Below, one piece after another: positions 38,737 to 43,376 of a DNA stretch of 43,376 nucleotides. Source of the DNA: a virus; IMG/VR virus record IMGVR_UViG_3300009838_000005; one strand, 5' to 3'. Within the stretch, counting starts at the first letter, position 1. Each line of letters opens with the position of its first letter. The position numbers and the translations under genes were made by a program. The notes beneath the pieces are model-generated. The model worked only from the letters and a program-made list of their open reading frames with translations. It did not search any database and was not told where the DNA came from.

Positions 38737-40025
38737 TCATCCCATATTCGCCCCGCCGCCATTTCCTCCCCTATCACGAAACCGCCAAACGCTGGCGGAT
38801 CATCGTTGCACACAGAAGGGCGGGAAAGACAGTCGCATGTGTCAATGGCCTCATTCGTTCCGCTCTTACCTGTCCACGGCCTGAGCCAAGAGTTGCCTAT
38901 GTCGCGCCGCTCTACAAACAGGCCAAGGATGTCGCCTGGAGCTATCTTAAAGAGTTCACCAGAGACATTCCAGGACGAGGCGTCAACGAATCAGAACTTC
39001 GGGTTGATCTTCCAAACGGAGGACGGGTCCGCCTTTACGGTGCCGACAACCCTGACGCTCTCCGAGGCTTGTATCTTGATGATGCTGTCCTTGACGAATT
39101 TGCCGATATGCGACCGCGCTTCCTTCCAGAGGTTATCCGTCCTGCTCTCTCGGACAGACGGGGAAGCCTGACCCTTATCGGCACGCCGAAGGGACACAAC
39201 GAATTTTACGACCGCTGGCAGGGCGCTGAGAATGACCCGGAGTGGTTTCGCATGATGCTCAAGGCGTCTGAAACCAACATTGTTGACGCCGAAGAGCTTG
39301 CATCCGCCAGAAAGATCATGAGCGAAGCGCAGTATGCCCAAGAATACGAGTGTTCTTTCGAGGCTGCGATTGAAGGAGCTTACTACGGCCTTCTTCTTGA
39401 GACGGCTGCGCAAGAGGGCCGAATCGCCGCGTTGCCGCACAATCCTGCACTTCCCGTCTTTACTGCATGGGACTTGGGAGTTGGAGACGACACAAGCATC
39501 TGGTTCGCGCAGAGGTCTGGCGGTTGGATTCACGTTATCGACCACTATGCAACCAACGGACAACCCGCAAACCACTACGTGGATGTACTTCGGGCCAAGC
39601 CCTACACCTATGCCCGTCACTTTCTGCCGCATGATGCCGAAAACCGTGAGTGGACCAACGGCAAATCAAGGCTCGACACACTCAAGGCGCTCGGCCTTAA
39701 GGATTGTAAAGTGATCCCGCGCATGGCTGTTGACGATGGCATCAACGCGGTTCGGTTGCTTCTGCCGACATGCCGCTTCGATGCTGAGAAGTGCGCGACA
39801 GGGCTTGAAAGCCTGAGACAGTATCGGCGTGAGTACGACGAAAACAAGCGCGTGTTCAAGCCGTCGCCGCTGCATGACTGGACGAGCCACGACGCCGATG
39901 CGTTCCGTTACCTCGCAACGGGCATGGAACCCGACGCCGCGATACCGCCAGACATTCCCCGCTATGCGGGCCGCAGACGGCGCGGTGATGCCGCATTCTC
40001 AGATGACAGTGGATGGGCCGCGTGA
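38715..40025 (+). CDS. terL: Terminase large subunit (436 aa)
   Basis: The Walker A-like motif is IVAHRRAGKT and the Walker B-like motif is GLYLDDAVLDEFADM. The C-terminal nuclease region reads AWDLGVGDDTSIWF...FLPHDA...HDWTSHDADAFRY. Confidence 0.85.
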   Translation: MDEAQRIVIPYSPRRHFLPYHETAKRWRIIVAHRRAGKTVACVNGLIRSALTCPRPEPRVAYVAPLYKQAKDVAWSYLKEFTRDIPGRGVNESELRVDLPNGGRVRLYGADNPDALRGLYLDDAVLDEFADMRPRFLPEVIRPALSDRRGSLTLIGTPKGHNEFYDRWQGAENDPEWFRMMLKASETNIVDAEELASARKIMSEAQYAQEYECSFEAAIEGAYYGLLLETAAQEGRIAALPHNPALPVFTAWDLGVGDDTSIWFAQRSGGWIHVIDHYATNGQPANHYVDVLRAKPYTYARHFLPHDAENREWTNGKSRLDTLKALGLKDCKVIPRMAVDDGINAVRLLLPTCRFDAEKCATGLESLRQYRREYDENKRVFKPSPLHDWTSHDADAFRYLATGMEPDAAIPPDIPRYAGRRRRGDAAFSDDSGWAA

Positions 40026-41668
40026 CAGATGACGAAATGAACACGGACGCGCCCGACATGATGCTGGAAATACGCCAGCGTTATGAGGCCGCGCGTTCCC
40101 ATGCGTCCAAGTGGCGTGAGGAGGCGAGGGAAGCCTTTGACCTTTACGCCGGTCGCCAGTGGTCGGAACAGGACCGGCAGAAGCTGATTGAACAGCAGCG
40201 CGTGCCGGTGACGTTCAACCGCGTGGCCATCCTGATTGATGCCGTCATCGGCTATGAGGTGAACAACCGACAGGAAACGCGTTACATTCCGCGCACGCCT
40301 GGCGATGCCAAGGTCAATGAACTGCTTACCGAGGCGGCGAACTACTTCAGGGACGCCTGCGACGCTGAGTTCGAGGAGTCCGACGCCTTCCGCGATATGT
40401 GCATCTGCGGCATGGGATGGACGAACGACCGCATCACCGACGAACGCAACCCCGATTATGATTTGGTGCGCGACCGCGTTGACCCGCTTCGCATGCTGTG
40501 GGACGCTTCCAGCCGCAAGCCGAACCTCGAAGACGCCAGATATATCTTTTATGAGACCACCTATTCCAAGGACGAGGCCAAGGCGCTTGTTCCTGAATGG
40601 GACGGCGAATACGTTCACGCCGATTGGCTTGGTGATGACGTGGACGACACCATCGGCAGCGAAAACCCGCGCGATGCCTACAAGGGCCAGGACGATGGCC
40701 GTTCGGCAACCCGCAATGTCCGCGTGCTTGAATATCAATATGTTGTGGACAAGATCGAACACGTCATCACGAACCCGGAGACGGGCGAAGTTGGCACGAT
40801 GACGGACGAGGAATGGTTTGACCTCAAGGAGGACGAACACAAGGCATTTGCGCCGTACCACGCCACGCGCCGCACCCGCGAATGGAAACGGTGTTTCTGC
40901 ATTGGCGGGGAGCATTTCCCGGTTGAACATCCCTATCCCAAGGGGCCGACTTATCACTGCATCACGGGCAAGCGCGACCGCAACACAGGCTATTGGTTCG
41001 GCCTGCTGCGTTCGCTCCGCGACCCGCAGATGTGGAGCAACAAATTCCTGTCTCAGATCATGCACCTCATCAATACGTCGGCCAAACCCGGCTATGACAT
41101 TGAGAAGGGCGCGATTGACAATGTTGCCACCTTCGAGGCCAAGGCGGCGCGTCCTGGTGCAATCAACGTCTTCAGTGACGGTTCGCTTCAGCAGGGCCGT
41201 GTCCAGCGCCGCGAAGCCGTGGGCCTGCCGCCTGACCTCGCTAACCTGATGACCTACGCCAACGAAAGTATGCAGAACGTATCCGGCGTCAACTCAGAAT
41301 TGCTCGGCATGGCTGACCGTGAACAGGCGGGCGTCCTTGAGTACCAGCGCAAGCAATCCGCCGTGACGCTTCTTGCGCCGCTGTTCGACAGCTTCCGCCG
41401 TTACCGCAAGATGGCGGGCCGGTGCTGGTTGTACTTCATGCAGCAATACCTGACAGACGGGCGTCTGATCCGCATCACCACGGACGACGGCGGGCAGATG
41501 AATGTTCCGTTTCAGATGGGGCAGATACCGAACCCGGCATTTGGTGGCGCTCCGCAGATGCCGCCTGACATGATGGGCGGTCAGCAGCAAATGCCGCCGC
41601 AAGGTTTGGCGATGCCTGCCGAAACCGCGCCCATGCCGATGCCTCAGTTGGGGGTGCCGAATGGATAA
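40013..41668 (+). CDS. Portal protein, N-terminal ~2/3 (551 aa ORF)
   Basis: It follows terL. The sequence has portal-type features (RQWSEQDRQKLIEQQRVPVTFNRV...). It ends in a Pro/Gln/Met-rich low-complexity tail just after a G5 run. Confidence 0.7.
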   Translation: MGRVTDDEMNTDAPDMMLEIRQRYEAARSHASKWREEAREAFDLYAGRQWSEQDRQKLIEQQRVPVTFNRVAILIDAVIGYEVNNRQETRYIPRTPGDAKVNELLTEAANYFRDACDAEFEESDAFRDMCICGMGWTNDRITDERNPDYDLVRDRVDPLRMLWDASSRKPNLEDARYIFYETTYSKDEAKALVPEWDGEYVHADWLGDDVDDTIGSENPRDAYKGQDDGRSATRNVRVLEYQYVVDKIEHVITNPETGEVGTMTDEEWFDLKEDEHKAFAPYHATRRTREWKRCFCIGGEHFPVEHPYPKGPTYHCITGKRDRNTGYWFGLLRSLRDPQMWSNKFLSQIMHLINTSAKPGYDIEKGAIDNVATFEAKAARPGAINVFSDGSLQQGRVQRREAVGLPPDLANLMTYANESMQNVSGVNSELLGMADREQAGVLEYQRKQSAVTLLAPLFDSFRRYRKMAGRCWLYFMQQYLTDGRLIRITTDDGGQMNVPFQMGQIPNPAFGGAPQMPPDMMGGQQQMPPQGLAMPAETAPMPMPQLGVPNG

Positions 41669-42527
41669 GGGCAACATCTCACAGCAGCCCTATTTGTCCT
41701 TCTTTCAGGACGATACGGCTGAATATGACGTGATTGTTGACCAGTCCTCATCGGCTCCGAACCTGAAGGAGGCGACGTGGGGCGCAATCCAGCCGTTGCT
41801 GCCGATCGTCGGCCCGACGATGGGGCCGGAAGAAATGGCGTTGGTGCTGGAATATTCGCCCATGCCGGAATCGTTCCTTGAGAAGTTCAAGGCATTGCAG
41901 GAAGCCAAGGCACAGCAGCCGCCCCCTCCTGACCCGGAAATGATGAAGGTCGAGGCCATGAAGCAGGCCAAGGCCGCTGAGTTGCAAATGCGCCAGCAGG
42001 AAGCGCAAGTGGAAATGCAAGTCGAGGCGCAGAAGAACGCGCAACAGATGGAGTTGGAACGGCAGAAAGCCGCTGCACAGATTGAACTTGAGCGTATGAA
42101 GGCCGCCGCAAATATCCAGCTAGAGCGCGAGAAGGCACAGGTCCAGTTGATGATGGACCGCGAACGCATGACGTTCGAGCGTGAGAAGGCCGAAGCAGAC
42201 ATGGAGTTCCGTGAGCGGTCCACGAAGGCCGACAGGGACAGCAAACTTGAGTCTGCCCGCTTCGACGCGGCGCTAAACTTCAAGGATAACCCGGAGCAGT
42301 TGAACGAAATGCTTCACGACAAGAAACTGACCGCAGCCATTGAGCAGATGACGCAGGCCATGGCCGCGCTGGCTCAGTCGCAGATGCAGATGGTTCAGTC
42401 CCAGGCCGAATCCAATCAGGCCATTGCTCAAAGCGTGGCTCAGATGGGCGCTGACCTGAAGCAGGCAATGACCAAACCGAAGCAAATCGTCCGTGGGCCG
42501 GATGGCCGCGCAATAGGAGTCCAGTAA
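41661..42527 (+). CDS. Portal protein C-terminal part (crown plus Gln/Ala/Glu-rich barrel-like coiled coil), a separate 288-aa ORF in the +1 frame
   Basis: AEYDVIVDQSSSAPNLKEATWGAIQPLLP plus a long Q/A/E-rich helix parallels the P22 gp1 C-terminus (YECYTDVGPSFQSMKQQN... then the barrel). Confidence 0.6.
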   Translation: MDKGNISQQPYLSFFQDDTAEYDVIVDQSSSAPNLKEATWGAIQPLLPIVGPTMGPEEMALVLEYSPMPESFLEKFKALQEAKAQQPPPPDPEMMKVEAMKQAKAAELQMRQQEAQVEMQVEAQKNAQQMELERQKAAAQIELERMKAAANIQLEREKAQVQLMMDRERMTFEREKAEADMEFRERSTKADRDSKLESARFDAALNFKDNPEQLNEMLHDKKLTAAIEQMTQAMAALAQSQMQMVQSQAESNQAIAQSVAQMGADLKQAMTKPKQIVRGPDGRAIGVQ

Positions 42528-42528
42528 G

Positions 42529-43017
42529 ATGGGGTTCACCGCTGAAAACGTGCGGGAACTGCTTTCATATGACGCTGAAACGGGCGCTTTCACATGGCTT
42601 AAAACAGCTAGCAATCGGCGCAAGCAAGGCGAAATTGCCGGGTGCCTGTGCAAGAGAAGCGGATATGTGCTGATCGGCTACAGAGGGCGCATTTACAAGG
42701 CCAGCCGGTTGGCATGGCTTTATGTTCACGGTGAATGGCCATCAGGTGTGATTGACCACATCAACGGCAATCGCGCCGATGACCGCATATCCAATCTGCG
42801 CGAAGCAACGCAAGGGCAGAACGTGAGGAATCGCGGAAAGCAGAAGAACAACAGTTCTGGCTTTAAGGGCGTTTCTGCACACCAAGGAAAGTGGGTAGCG
42901 CGTCTTACGATAGACGGAAAGACGATTCGAGCGAGCGGTTTTGATACGCCAGAACTCGCCGCTAATGAATATTCCAAAATGGCACGCCTTTATCACGGCG
43001 ATTTTGCCAGAACCTGA
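42529..43017 (+). CDS. HNH homing endonuclease with an AP2 DNA-binding domain (162 aa)
   Basis: The HNH motif is VIDHINGNRADDRISNLREATQGQNVRN. The AP2-type domain is SGFKGVSAHQGKWVARLTIDGKTIRASGFDTPELAANEY. Confidence 0.85.
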   Translation: MGFTAENVRELLSYDAETGAFTWLKTASNRRKQGEIAGCLCKRSGYVLIGYRGRIYKASRLAWLYVHGEWPSGVIDHINGNRADDRISNLREATQGQNVRNRGKQKNNSSGFKGVSAHQGKWVARLTIDGKTIRASGFDTPELAANEYSKMARLYHGDFART

Positions 43018-43029
43018 CAGGAGGCCAAC

Positions 43030-43376
43030 TTGGCGACATTTACGAAATACGAGCCTTTTATCCAAGCCCTTGTGAATGAGGAAGTGGACGTTTTCGGCAC
43101 AACCGACACGTTCAAGGCCGTCATTCATTCGGACGCGCCCGTCGTGGCGACCGATGATGAGTTGGCGGACCTTACGCAGATCACCGGCACCGGCTACACG
43201 GCAGGCGGCGAGGACATTCAGAACGATGGCACGCGCTCGGGTGGCACTGTCACCATGACGGCGGTTGACGTTGTGTGGACGGCCACGGCTGGCGACTGGA
43301 CGGCGGGCCGCTATGTCAGCATCCATGACGACACGTCCACCACGGACAAGCTGATGAACTCCTACGATTATGCGAG
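43030..43376 (+). CDS. 5' part of the wrap-around hypothetical virion-module protein (continues at base 124 of this window)
   Basis: AGGAGG (43019-43024) lies 5 nt before TTG 43030. The frame is open to the end of the window and is continuous with 1-193. Confidence 0.6.
   Translation, partial: MATFTKYEPFIQALVNEEVDVFGTTDTFKAVIHSDAPVVATDDELADLTQITGTGYTAGGEDIQNDGTRSGGTVTMTAVDVVWTATAGDWTAGRYVSIHDDTSTTDKLMNSYDYA
43254..43376. repeat. Circular-closure overlap, identical to 1-123
   Basis: See the feature at 1-123. Confidence 0.9.

Noticed and set aside
39962-41065. A 367-aa ORF on the - strand, the longest unexplained ORF in the track.
   Set aside because: It lies entirely antisense to the portal gene, which has recognisable portal features. 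Its product is Arg/Ala/Val/His-rich with no motifs, as expected for a shadow ORF in GC-rich coding DNA.

Overview
The window is a complete, circularly closed genome of a temperate short-tailed (P22-like layout) phage. The host is probably an alphaproteobacterium, because a GcrA homologue is present. Bases 1-123 are identical to 43254-43376, so the unique unit is 43,253 bp and one gene wraps across the ends. Layout: (i) A + strand late arm runs terS 38488, terL, portal (split into two ORFs), fibre cassette 1, a 22-aa tandem-repeat protein, scaffold, and a major capsid gene interrupted by a group I intron. It continues with a decoration-like gene, a glycosyltransferase/methyltransferase cluster, adaptor/hub/needle-like genes, three ejection-protein-like genes, fibre cassette 2, cargo genes, and lysis genes ending at 25139. 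(ii) A - strand early-left arm starts at a PL-like promoter/operator near 32195. It runs through small ORFs, ERF, an SSB-tip protein, an HNH nuclease, the integrase (28322-29392) and a candidate attP, then continues into a block of small paralogous ORFs (25136-28175). (iii) A lysogeny module holds a cI-like repressor, a low-GC moron behind a G11 tract, and a terminator (32231-32866). (iv) A + strand early-right arm carries cro-like, rusA, GcrA-like, regulator and NusG-like genes and ends at a terminator near 37868. The points most worth follow-up are listed here. First, a group I intron with an HNH gene sits in the capsid gene, with P/Q/R/S core elements and a guide sequence that fixes the splice junction. 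Second, there are eight HNH-superfamily genes (about 9% of the genome), one of which left a duplicated, recoded 5' fragment of rusA. Third, a TPR-glycosyltransferase, methyltransferase and GT8-like cluster is embedded in the virion module. Fourth, the portal is split at a G5 run. Fifth, a (Y/N/D)-G dipeptide-repeat ORF is built on 34 hexanucleotide repeats. Sixth, a repeat-rich paralogous gene block lies beyond int/attP and would be cut off from its promoter by integration. All functional calls rest on motif recognition by eye and on synteny. No database search was run.
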